Source: Catajapyx aquilonaris
Lineage: Eukaryota
Direction: 5' to 3'
Assembly (NCBI GenBank): GCA_000934665.2
Contig: JYFJ02003508.1
Coordinates: forward strand, 1 to 40,678
DNA length: 40,678 nt
Within the stretch, counting starts at the first letter, position 1. Each line of letters starts with the position of its first letter. This document shows, piece after piece, positions 1-10,329 of the stretch. The notes under the pieces are model-generated. The model did not search any database and was not told the DNA's origin. It worked only from the letters and a program-made list of their open reading frames with translations. The position numbers were made by a program, and so were the translations under genes.

Positions 1-1332
1 AACGGCGTAAGTCCGACGTCTCTCCGACCCCGGGAAGTGCGAAATCTTTTTCATCCTATATCCTCCTCCTCGGCGTGGGGCTTTATATATATTAGACTAG
101 TGAACCCGCTGCCAAAATGAAAATATTCTCAATTACATAAATCTTTATGTCTTTCCCGTTTGTTTCTCAAACAGGCAGATATCAGTGGCCATAAAATAAC
201 ATTGGTGGGATTTTCTTAGGGGTAGCTTGAATTGGTATGTGTCATTTTACGGCGACTAATCAGGGTAAATGGGTGGACATAATTTCTTTTGCTAAAGGGT
301 CACATTGATTCAAGTTATTTTCCAATCATAATTTATTTCCTACACTCTGTCATTATCTATGATTTTACCATGTTACAACTGACCCCAAGGAAGCTGTTAC
401 ATCTGTCCCCATTGTCTGTTGTCTTGTAGATATGCTTATTACTTTTTAACTGTGCACATGATTTGGTCATCCATACCGTCAGTGTGACCCCACTGAAGGA
501 ACCTTTCTCATGATATACCAAAGGGCAATTCAACGTCACCTACCCTTCACATAATCACTTGATTACTGTCACTTACAAAAGTTGGAAACACACCTTGATT
601 TTGGTTTGATTTTGGTTTGGTACGTTCATTAATTATTTTGAAGTTTACCCAATTGATAAAAAGACTTATTTGAGTAGGATAATATATTCAGACATAAGCA
701 ACACTAATAATGTTGGTGCTAAATGATATGTAGCTATTTCCGATGAGGCATCATTTATCTCTCCTCAATTGAAGGGCTTACTGCTACAATGAGCTAACCC
801 ACATCTTGCAAAATGGAGGAAATGAACTCGTTAAAGGAATAGAAAAAAACACTATTTTTTTTGCATAATAATGGCTGGTATGATTGTATACTGCATAGGG
901 TTACTTCCGCAGGTATATTGGGACATGATTGTCCAACGAGCGTTGTACCTTAGGATAGTACCTTAATCATGAATGAGGGATATTATTAGAATACTTTTAT
1001 GCTTAATAGCACGGTAAGTATGTCTAACATTTGGGCAAAAAAAATCAAAGTTTTAAGACATTAAAAATTGTGGTATATTGTGACGGTATGGGCATAAAAA
1101 TATTGTCTTCAAAAATACTTCGTGAAGCATGACATGACTCATGACAGTGTATTATAAAGAAATAGTCATAGAGAGAATGCATGAAACAATGTACGGTATA
1201 GTTGGAAAATAACGCCTTTAACACCCACACTCAATTTGACCCTTTCAAAGATTTACACAAATATGCTATTTTAAAATATTGTCTATGTTTCATTGCCTGA
1301 TTTTTATGACATGGGCGGAATATGATTTACAG

Positions 1333-4300
1333 TACTACAGCATTGATGAGATCTGTGGTGATATTACTCCTTCCTCCCCATTTCCTGCTGGGGAGCCATT
1401 CGCTAGTTACAACGCTTACTTCAAACAGAAATACAAGCTCGATGTGCAGCACCAACACCAGCCATTGATTGAAGTGAAGCAAATTGGATCACAGGGTTCA
1501 TTACCTGTTAACTTCTTAGTTCACCAGTAAGCATTACTATATAATTGTTTCCCTACTGCTGAACCTAAAAAAATATGTTCAAAGGTTTATTCATTTGACA
1601 TGTTGTTACATCGTTATATTTTTGCTGTATAGGGCTTGATCACTTCTGACTTGTTATCATTCCAGGACTGGCCCTCACAATAAGGAATCACGGCGAATGT
1701 TGCACCGTGACAAAAATCAGGAGCACCTGGTTCCTGAGCTCTGTTGTGTCCATCCAATGCCTGCTTCCTTTCTGGTTCAGGCCCTACACATCCCTTCCAT
1801 TCTTCATCGCTACAGACAGCTTCTTCTGGCTGGGGATCTATACTCTTCACTTGGATTTGAGCACAATAAGAGGATAATCGACTGGAAACCATTGTCTTAC
1901 GGTCCAATCACGACCCTAGGAAATTGTGACGATGCTGATGGAACTATGTCCAAATGTGTTTCCAGTGATGTTGATCAGGAGCAGACACTGGAGGATGGGG
2001 AAATTGTATCAGGTCAAAAACATAGTCGTTTATTAACTGCTTTTAGATGGGTGACATGAACGTACGGTTTCCCAGCAGCCTTTGTAGTAGGCTAACCCTA
2101 GATTTTAGAATATTCTAGCATGATATTTTAAGAGACAAATAATTGAATCGAGCAAAAGAAGAACAGCACATGTCACAAAATGCAACTTTTTCAGGAGAGA
2201 CAAAAAACTGATTACAGAGCTTACCGTTCACGACTGACAGTTCATCATCCTGTCAAACCTCCCAACTGTAACCTGTGCCATGAGGTAGATGCCATGAGGT
2301 AGATGGCGCCACCAGGAAATGAGACGGAAAAACAGCACAAATCCGGGGATATGTGCTGTTCTTCCAGCACACATACAAACTTTGTCCCGTTCTCCTGCCT
2401 TACTCATGCAAGTGACATGTGTTTCTTCTCCATCAAACGATGCACATGGACAAGGACTACCACATCCCATGATAATCTCATTTTCGCAAAAAATGGACTT
2501 GTGCTGTTCTTCTTTTGCTCGATTCAATTATGCTATACCCTGTGTGTCTTATAAGGTTCCTGACGACTCTTCCTATTGCAGATGATGACGTAGTGGAGGT
2601 GTCAGATGCCTCAGAAAATACTTCTGACCTGTTCAGAGACATTGTAGACCCTGAAGACAGCATCTTCACTGCTACTTTGTCTGATATTGAGCTTTTCCAC
2701 CAAGCGGTGACCTCTAAGCCTGTATCGGCATCCAGAAAGCATGATGCGTGCAGTGAAGACCACTCCACATGCCCGAAAACAAAGCGCAACATGCCTGAGA
2801 ACAAAGGACCAACACAAATAGGGTCTCCACCCAGCCATGATATTGAGCTCTCCTCCTTACTTAAGGCTTTGACATTGACTGCCTGTAACAATGGATTTGA
2901 CTTGGAGCGGCTAGAAATGGTTGGGGATTCATTCCTTAAATTCGCAGTGTCAGTCCATCTTTTCTGTGTCTACAAGAGCGATGATGAAGGAAAGCTCAGC
3001 ACTCGCAGGATGCGACTCATCAATAACAAGATTTTGTATAAGCTAGGGAAGATGAAGGGATTACCTGGACATATTAATTCCCATTCATTTGAGCCAAGGA
3101 ACTTTTGTACACCACCTGGATTCAAGGTCAGGCAACATTGTTTCTTTCTTGAACAGTTGTTATTTTGTTGATGGACACGAGCAATATATTGTTGACAATT
3201 GCAAAATGCAGAGTTGTTGCGAATTTATGTTTCTCTCATTTATTAGCCTCCAGTAGCCCTGGAAGACATCCTCATTGAACTTGGTTTAAATTACACCACT
3301 CTTCAAGAGTATACTGCTGAAGAACTGTTTGAATTCGACCCTAAGCAGCTTCGTTACCTAGTGGATTGTGTAGTAGAAAATATTACTGAGCAGACACCAA
3401 AGGAAGTTGACACCTGCAAAGTCAATGGCTTCACTAGATACTTCCATCATCATAGTGTCTCGGATAAGAGTGTGGCTGATTGTGTGGAAGCCATGATAGG
3501 AGCACATCTCCTTGGATGTGGAGATGATGCTGCCATCCACTTTCTGTCCTGGCTTGGCATGAGGGACAGGGGTCTTGAAGGAGAGGAGATCTCATTGCAC
3601 CACACACTTCCACCAGCTGTTGTTAACTACCACAATATGGGAATTGACATGGATGATGAGATCGAAAGTTACATCTTTGGAGTGGATAGGCTTGAGAAAC
3701 GAATTGGCTACAAGTTCAAAGATGTCAGCCTTTTACTTCAAGCTTTTACTCATGCATCATTCTTCCAGAACCGGATTACAGATTGCTACCAGCGGCTGGA
3801 ATTTTTGGGTGATGCAGTTCTAGGTACGTAGGGACTCACAGCTCCAGATTGTAAAGCAATGTAATGATTTTAATACATCAAAAATGATTATGTGTTTCCC
3901 AGATGTAACCTCAATTAATTATTTCATTCTGACACAGATTACTTGATAACTCGTCACATTTACGAGGATGGCCCCAATCTGACTCCTGGGCAGCTGACTG
4001 ACCTTCGTTCTGCCCTGGTGAACAACATTACATTTGCCTCCATAGCTATGCGAGAGGGACTTCACAAATATTTGCTACACTCTTCACCTCAACTTCAGAC
4101 AGTCATTGACAGATTTGTTCTTCACCAGGAAGAAAACGGGCATAAAGTTTCAGGTCATGTAAGTACTACTTCTTGAGCTTCTCATGCAAGATGCTGCATA
4201 TGATAAGTCAGAATTGAATCTATTTTTGTTGTACAAGGTATGATATATTTTTTTAATGTTTGTTTGGAAGTGTGATGGAATTGATCCAAGGCCTTTTTGA

Positions 4301-5141
4301 GCATACCGGTAATTAATGTTGCACCTTACATTATTATCTCAGTGTGGATCACAAGTCATATTTGATGAGTTTGAGCTTCTGAGTGAGGACGAGGACATTG
4401 CGGGCGAGATAGAAGTACCCAAGGTTCTTGGAGACCTTTTTGAGTCGCTGGCTGGGGCTATTTTTCTGGACAGTGGGATGTCCCTCAACAAGGTGTGGGG
4501 AGTCTTCAAATCCTTGATGAACAGAGAGCTAACTGAGTTCACAAGGAATGTGCCTATTCCACCACTCAGAGAACTGAATGAGCGATATCCCGGCAAACTT
4601 GACATCAGGTGAGAACTAAGATCTTATTGCCACAGTGTCAATCTCTATGTCCCATCTTGTGCCATTAGTTCCGGCCACTTTATCCTGGCCTTGAAGCAAC
4701 CCTTCGCACAGGTCCCACGGTGAGGACGTGTGAGTGTGTCTTCAAGACCAGCATAAAGTGGCCAGAGCTAATAAATTGCACCCGATAGTACAGTACATAA
4801 AAATGTGTACACGTGCAGTGCCTTGTCCGCATGTGGTCGTTTTGTGAGCTCCCCCGGGTTGATTAGTCTGTGGATATTCCACCCGAGACGAAGTCAGAGA
4901 CGACACTTTACTCTGCACGAGATGAAGGGGGTGTGTTGGCATTATATTTACTTCAGCATTCTCTCTCAGGTCAGTTCCTCGTCATGGCGAGTTTGAAAAA
5001 GAGGGCTTGGCGGTGGTCCGCATCTGTGTCAATATTGGAGGAAAGGACCAGATGTTTCATGGCCGAGGAAGAGGAAAGCAAAGAGCCAAAGCTGCAGCTG
5101 CGAAGTTGGCCTTGAGGAAGCTAAAAAATAGAGCTATTTAA
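1333..5141 (+). CDS. Dcr-2: Dicer family RNase III, Dicer-2-like, 3' portion (PAZ, connector, RNase IIIa, RNase IIIb, dsRBD); 5' exons lie outside the window or are not identified
   Basis: Phase-compatible GT-AG exons: 1333-1526, 1666-2012, 2582-3126, 3247-3823, 3938-4158, 4343-4608, 4970-5141. Motifs: PAZ (YFKQKY..QPLIEV), LVPELC, RNase IIIa ERLEMVGDSFLK and SDKSVADCVEA, RNase IIIb YQRLEFLGDAVLDY and EVPKVLGDLFESLAG, dsRBD GRGKQRAKAAAAKLAL. Catalytic acidic residues are intact. Dicer identity is secure. The Dcr-2 subtype is inferred from divergence and the TPGQLTDLRSALVNNITFA variant. Confidence 0.92.
2139..2531. mobile_element. MITE-like element in Dicer intron
   Basis: 32-bp perfect inverted repeats ATAATTGAATCGAGCAAAAGAAGAACAGCACA (2139-2170) and its reverse complement (2500-2531); no credible ORF inside. 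Confidence 0.75.
4673..4763. repeat. Short hairpin/MITE in last Dicer intron
   Basis: GGCCACTTTATCCTGGCCTTGAAG ... CTTCAAGACCAGCATAAAGTGGCC; a second, better preserved copy lies at 27359-27484. Confidence 0.7.
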
Positions 5142-5144
5142 TAG

Positions 5145-5216
5145 AACTATATTTCTACGAAACATGAACCGTTGATTATCTCTAATCAATGGTTTCTGTT
5201 TCGTAGAAATATAGTT
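5145..5216 (+). other. 72-nt stem-loop immediately after the Dicer stop codon
   Basis: Arms 5145-5178 and 5183-5216 (34 nt each) with loop TCTC; on the sense strand there is one mismatch and two G-U pairs. Confidence 0.8.
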
Positions 5217-6431
5217 TGTATTACTATAGCCTTGACCCTTTCCTATGACAGGTGCAGCATGTCATATATCAAAATGGTCAAGACCAATAGATAAGGTGGA
5301 AAATTCGGGGGAGGTGTGGTGGCCGAAATGATAACGTCTTGGCTTGGCTTAAAAAACAATTTTTGATCCGAACATAGGCTATGGGTAATTTTACTCATTG
5401 CCATATTATGTATGTTATCATATTATTATTATTTTATTTAATAAATGCCAAGGCTATAATCAACATGCTTTCCTGTAGTTCCTTCATCATTATTCTGCAA
5501 CAATGCCATGACAACAGTAATGACGGTATATGATATTCCTAAGGATCGAAAAAGTCAGGAGGGTACCAAAATACACTATACTTTGAAATGCTGTATAAAT
5601 ATTTTGTGCCAAAGTCAACAATAATGTTCATGTACATTCTTTCCTGTTGAGATATTTGTGACGAGACTGGCTACTCGACTTGTGTAAAAAAATTAAAGGG
5701 AAGTAAGACAGATAATCATGCTGTGATCGCATTTTTACCTCCCATTTTGATTATGAGATTTTCCCTGCTCTTTTCTAAACATGTTTCAAAACTCTCGAAA
5801 TTCACAAAAAAAGGCTCTTCTAAAGTTACATGTCTCCAGTTTAGGACCAGATAACACTACAGTACATTTATAGTATTATGCGGCAGTATTTTACCCTCAA
5901 AAAGATGATCATGACCTCAGAACACTGCTGCCGTCATCCGGGAAGAACAACCTCATTCAACCACGTGTACACTTGCGCATTATATGTAGCCTATATGTAA
6001 TATTACAAACTGAACTTTGAACCTGCATCTGATAATGACCTGGAAAAACTAGCCAATCACTAGTGCTTGCAATGTCTGGTGGAGTGAAAAAGGTCCTTAT
6101 ATTCAAGTGCTGATCAACTTGTACGGAAAACAAAACTGGGAAAGAACTTGTTCTTCGTACAACCATGATTAAGTGTTCAAAAAACTCTGAATATAGTTAT
6201 AGCATGTTTGAAAGAAATATCGCAACAATGGACGGTAAAATAGGTGACACAGCTTCCAGCGGGGTAAAGATGGTGTTCAATAATTGGAACTATTGTTCAG
6301 AAACAAGTTTATTGCAGGCAACAATAAATAGCAGAAAAGGAAAGACATTAGCAATGCAAAGAGATTTTAAACAGCGTCAGTCAATCTCAACACCAAATAA
6401 TTCACGGGTGCACTTAACGCAATTGACTCTC

Positions 6432-8360
6432 CTACGCACACATGACTTCTGCAAATAGAACTATCAGACCAAAACACCAGCTGCAAATGATGAGAAAGTA
6501 GATCACCCCTCTCAATTGCTCAAATTTCAAGGCCATCGATTTCACAAACAATCGATCCTTGGCTCTGGCTTCTCTTATTCCAATAACCAGACAAGTGTCG
6601 AATAAATACCTGTCATACTTAGCCATAAGCCCGGAATCTATGTAGTACACAGCTATCCGTTTCATTATTGGCACAAGCAAACTGTGCTTGTCCATAATGA
6701 TAGTTGCTAATGCAAGAATTCCGTCTTCATTTGGTACAAAAACGGGTATTCTTCCAGCCTTATCTGCAAATTGGGCCCCTATGGCCAACAATATGTCAGC
6801 AGTCGTAATACACGCGTAATTGGTCTCAATTGATTTACCAACACAGGTGTTGAAATCTCTTTCGTCTATCATGCGGGCCACAATGGGTTTGAAATATTCC
6901 AAATTATTATTAATAAATATACTGGCGTAGTAAGGTTTAGCCGCTCCCCAAATCCCCCATTCCCATGTATGGCTCCTCTCGTTCAGTTCTTGAAATGTCT
7001 TTGGCAAATCCTCCTGCAATGGGGATGCCAGGAACCCAAAATATCTGGCTTCGTACCCACAGATCAAAACCAATGAACCAATCCACCAGAAGGAGATGAA
7101 CACTCGGGGGGCATCACCTTCGGGTACAGTGTTAGGATTTTCCTCAATCAGGGTGGAAAATGTGTATCTCAAGGAATAAAGGAAAAGGGATGGTGGGCCT
7201 TTGCCTACTGGAAACGGATTGTTGAATTCCCGTTGTATTTTCAACAATGCACAAAAAACCAAAGTTCCCATTAGGGAAGCCAAAAATATACAGATCCACA
7301 TACTCAGGGTGTAAGGCATAAGGACCGAATTCCAGGAATAACTTTCTCTTGCTATTCTTGTGGTGAAAGATACAGATGAATAATAAATGGGAATATTGAC
7401 TGCAACGACTCTACTCATGGTGCTTGTTGGTATTGTGAAACCAAATTCGGCTTTTCTTAATATAATTTCACCAGTTTGGCCCGTATAATTTCCATCGGGC
7501 AATGGAACATCAGGAATTTCTCCGTCATCTAACATTACGGCTTCAAATGTCCAATCAAAATTTAACGCATCGCTGACATCCAGTACAAAGAAAATCGACC
7601 CATAGAATGGCAAAGAATTTTCGTAAAAATACCTCAAATCTCCTCTCGATATATCAATAGGCCCTGTGGCATTTACGAAAGCTCCATGAAAATTGGTGGA
7701 ATAATCAGGGAAAATATCACTTTCCTTTAATCGACTACCACGTTTGTATTCACTTACTTGGACAACTTTTGGCCCACCGTGATCGCAATAATGACAGTTC
7801 GCCATCACCTTGAGCGAGCTGGAGTCCTGGTGGTACTCGATCCCGACCTGAAAGAGCATGAGTTGGGCGATGGGATGCATCAAGACTGTGTCCAGACCTC
7901 CGTCCCTGGGCCAGAAGAGGAACCTGTCCCTTCCGGTGTCCATGAGGTGAAGAGTGGCCGCGTGGACCACCAGAGGAGACAAGGTGTCCAGTGTCCCGAA
8001 GGCGAAGAGGAAGGTGGCGCAGGGGTCCAGTCTCCTGGCCTCCGGTCTGTGCAGCCAGGAGAACCAGTACTGTCCACTGGCGTCCACTGGTGTCCCGTCC
8101 CACCTCACCACCGCCACTTCCTCCGATCCATTGTTGATCAGCCGGTTAAACGAAGAGGGGAACACCAACCAGTCGCCGCACAGCACCAGGAGACACTCGG
8201 GTCTCGAACCACGGACAGCTTCCACCAGGGAGGCCACCAGCTTTTCCTCTTCCGACCACACAGATGTCAAAGAAGTCTGGACATGACCCGCTGTAAATGC
8301 TGCCAGGGAACAAAGAGCAACAACTGCGAACCTCGTCGCTTCCATGTTGCAATTGAACAA
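6432..8360 (-). CDS. Divergent ionotropic receptor (variant iGluR chemoreceptor) IR-a, intronless, 642 aa
   Basis: Signal peptide; S1 motif DGNYTGQTGE; pre-M1 SVLMPYTLSMW; M1; pore region; M2 RVFISFWW...GYEARYFGFLASP; S2; ALKFEQLRG before M3. The canonical glutamate-binding S1 motif is degenerate. Confidence 0.9.
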   Translation of the reverse strand: MFNCNMEATRFAVVALCSLAAFTAGHVQTSLTSVWSEEEKLVASLVEAVRGSRPECLLVLCGDWLVFPSSFNRLINNGSEEVAVVRWDGTPVDASGQYWFSWLHRPEARRLDPCATFLFAFGTLDTLSPLVVHAATLHLMDTGRDRFLFWPRDGGLDTVLMHPIAQLMLFQVGIEYHQDSSSLKVMANCHYCDHGGPKVVQVSEYKRGSRLKESDIFPDYSTNFHGAFVNATGPIDISRGDLRYFYENSLPFYGSIFFVLDVSDALNFDWTFEAVMLDDGEIPDVPLPDGNYTGQTGEIILRKAEFGFTIPTSTMSRVVAVNIPIYYSSVSFTTRIARESYSWNSVLMPYTLSMWICIFLASLMGTLVFCALLKIQREFNNPFPVGKGPPSLFLYSLRYTFSTLIEENPNTVPEGDAPRVFISFWWIGSLVLICGYEARYFGFLASPLQEDLPKTFQELNERSHTWEWGIWGAAKPYYASIFINNNLEYFKPIVARMIDERDFNTCVGKSIETNYACITTADILLAIGAQFADKAGRIPVFVPNEDGILALATIIMDKHSLLVPIMKRIAVYYIDSGLMAKYDRYLFDTCLVIGIREARAKDRLFVKSMALKFEQLRGVIYFLIICSWCFGLIVLFAEVMCA

Positions 8361-8880
8361 GTCTATCGATCATCAATAGTTTTTATATGACCGCCAATTC
8401 TCAATTTGGCGAATCCCTTTCTCTACAAGTCAACTGCAACATTGGAAGAATTATTTTGACACTCTCATACCCCTTCGTGCATCACATGGACTCTCATCTG
8501 TCGCCAGTGAATTCTCCTAATCCGCCGATAATTCCATAATTTCGCGAACTTTTCTCCGTCAAAATATTGAATGAGGAGACCTGTAATCCTGGCAAATTGA
8601 ACAACAATTTTCTTTGACATAACTGCGAGGGCCACTGTTATACGAGTCCCTTTTATTTACCCGAGGGACAGAAAATTGCATCTCTACTCCGCAAAAACCC
8701 ATAAATATTTGATCGTGTCTGATACATTTTGTACTTTCCTGTCTCGCATCCCATAGCCTACTTACCGTGTCAAAGCCATGTCATTGTATGACCATCTCTT
8801 ATTATATAGCCTACTTTATATTGATATTGAGTTGTTTCCGTACGGCATAAGTCATTTCTCTGTCACAGTCAATGTCAACC

Positions 8881-9106
8881 GTACAATCGATCCTTGTTTA
8901 TCGCTTCTCTGATTCCAATCACGAAGCAAGTATCGAACAAATAGTGGTCGTATTTGGCCAAAAAGCCAGAGTCTATGAAATAAACAACAATTCGGTTGAT
9001 GATAGGTAGTAATAAACTGTTCTTGGTCCTAAATACACCTCCAAGAAAAAAAATATTCCAGCCCCTATCGATATGGGTGTTTTTCCAGACTTGTCTACAA
9101 ATTGGC
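8881..9106 (-). pseudogene. IR relic (S2 C-terminal fragment, frameshifted)
   Basis: Minus-strand translation GQFVDKSGKTPI../..KNSLLLPIINRIVVYFIDSGFLAKYDHYLFDTCFVIGIREAINKDRLY aligns to the C-termini of the intact IRs; there is a frame break at a poly-T run. Confidence 0.85.
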
Positions 9107-9521
9107 CATTTTACAATTTCGCTAACTGTTTCTCCTTCATAATATTACATGAGTCACCAGGCCCTAATACTATCAAATCGGACAACAATATATTATCTGT
9201 GACGTTAATGGACGGGTTACTGTAATACGAGCCCCTTTTATATACCTGAAGGACAGAAAATTGCATAGCTGATCCGCAAAAACATTAAATTTTTGATAGT
9301 ATTTAAAAGCATACAGATAGGCTACACTTATGCGTCAAAGGTAGGTCATTTTATTGCTATTTCTTTTATGCTTACCATTGACATCGAGTTGTTTCAGTAA
9401 GAGCTAGCGGTCAGTACTCTCTCATTCTTAAGGTCAACTGGCACCATTGCTGCTAAGAGGTCTGTTGTGTTTACACTTGCGCCATATGATTCTGTTAATT
9501 ACCAAGGCTAATTCAGAGAGA

Positions 9522-9625
9522 TCTAAAAACGCACAATTCAGTAAATTTCAGTGAAAAAAGAAAATAGTAATATATATTACTATTCTCTTTTTTTCACTGA
9601 AATTTACTGAATTGTGCGTTTTAGA
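9522..9625. repeat. ~104-bp near-perfect palindrome without spacer
   Basis: CTAAAAACGCACAATTCAGTAAATTTCAGTGAAAAAA...TAGTAATATATATTACTA...TTTTTTCACTGAAATTTACTGAATTGTGCGTTTTAG. Confidence 0.85.
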
Positions 9626-10329
9626 GAGAGGAGTTTAGTCCTCCACATTCAAGGTCATCGTAATAGTAGAAGTTATGACATGTGCGTGTCTATAAATGAA
9701 TCCACTAGAAGTAAACAAAGGGCTAGAGACATTTCCCGCCAAATCGATGAAAGTTGGGAGGGATTCTCTGCAGGTGGAAGCACCTCCGAGGTATAGTACA
9801 CGGTATAGTGCAGTAGGCTACATAGATGAACTCGAATGTAGGGCCTAGAAATGAATTATTAGACTGTTATATATTAAGGATAGCTTTTTACACCTTTTTC
9901 TCCCCAATATTTTTCCGAGAGCTCCAGTTAATATTGCTCATACATGATTGTCACATTTGCCAACCAAAAGGTATGTGCCACCTACCGAATATGAAATGAA
10001 ACCTACCTGCACAAGCAAACAATTTTTCTGATTAGAATTGGGAGAATTCGAGATCCTTACCTAACAAAGATTCGTCCCCAAAGACCTCCATTCCCAGTTA
10101 TCACTCCTTTTGCTGGGATCGTGATATGCCACAAAGATTTATTTGCCAATAACACAATCATATCAACATTTGCAACAAAAATTAACATGAACAATGAATT
10201 GGCAACATTAGGCCAACCTGTTTATACGTGGGTGCATTATGAATGAGACAACCTAGAAAGTATAAATAGCTTAAACATTTGGGGACAGAAAATCGTCTAG
10301 CTTAACAATCGAGGACGCTAGAAGCCAAA

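Noticed and set aside
357..1230. Short minus-strand ORFs upstream of Dicer
   Set aside because: About 60 aa, no recognisable motif and no supporting gene structure.
4870..5115. 81-aa ORF as last Dicer exon
   Set aside because: Wrong frame; the dsRBD is read from the acceptor at 4969 to TAA at 5139-5141.
7758..8390. Long + strand ORFs (210, 212, 135, 199 aa) and alternate-frame ORFs repeated over each IR
   Set aside because: They are shadows of the identical GC-rich block; their ends differ among copies and no domain is recognisable.
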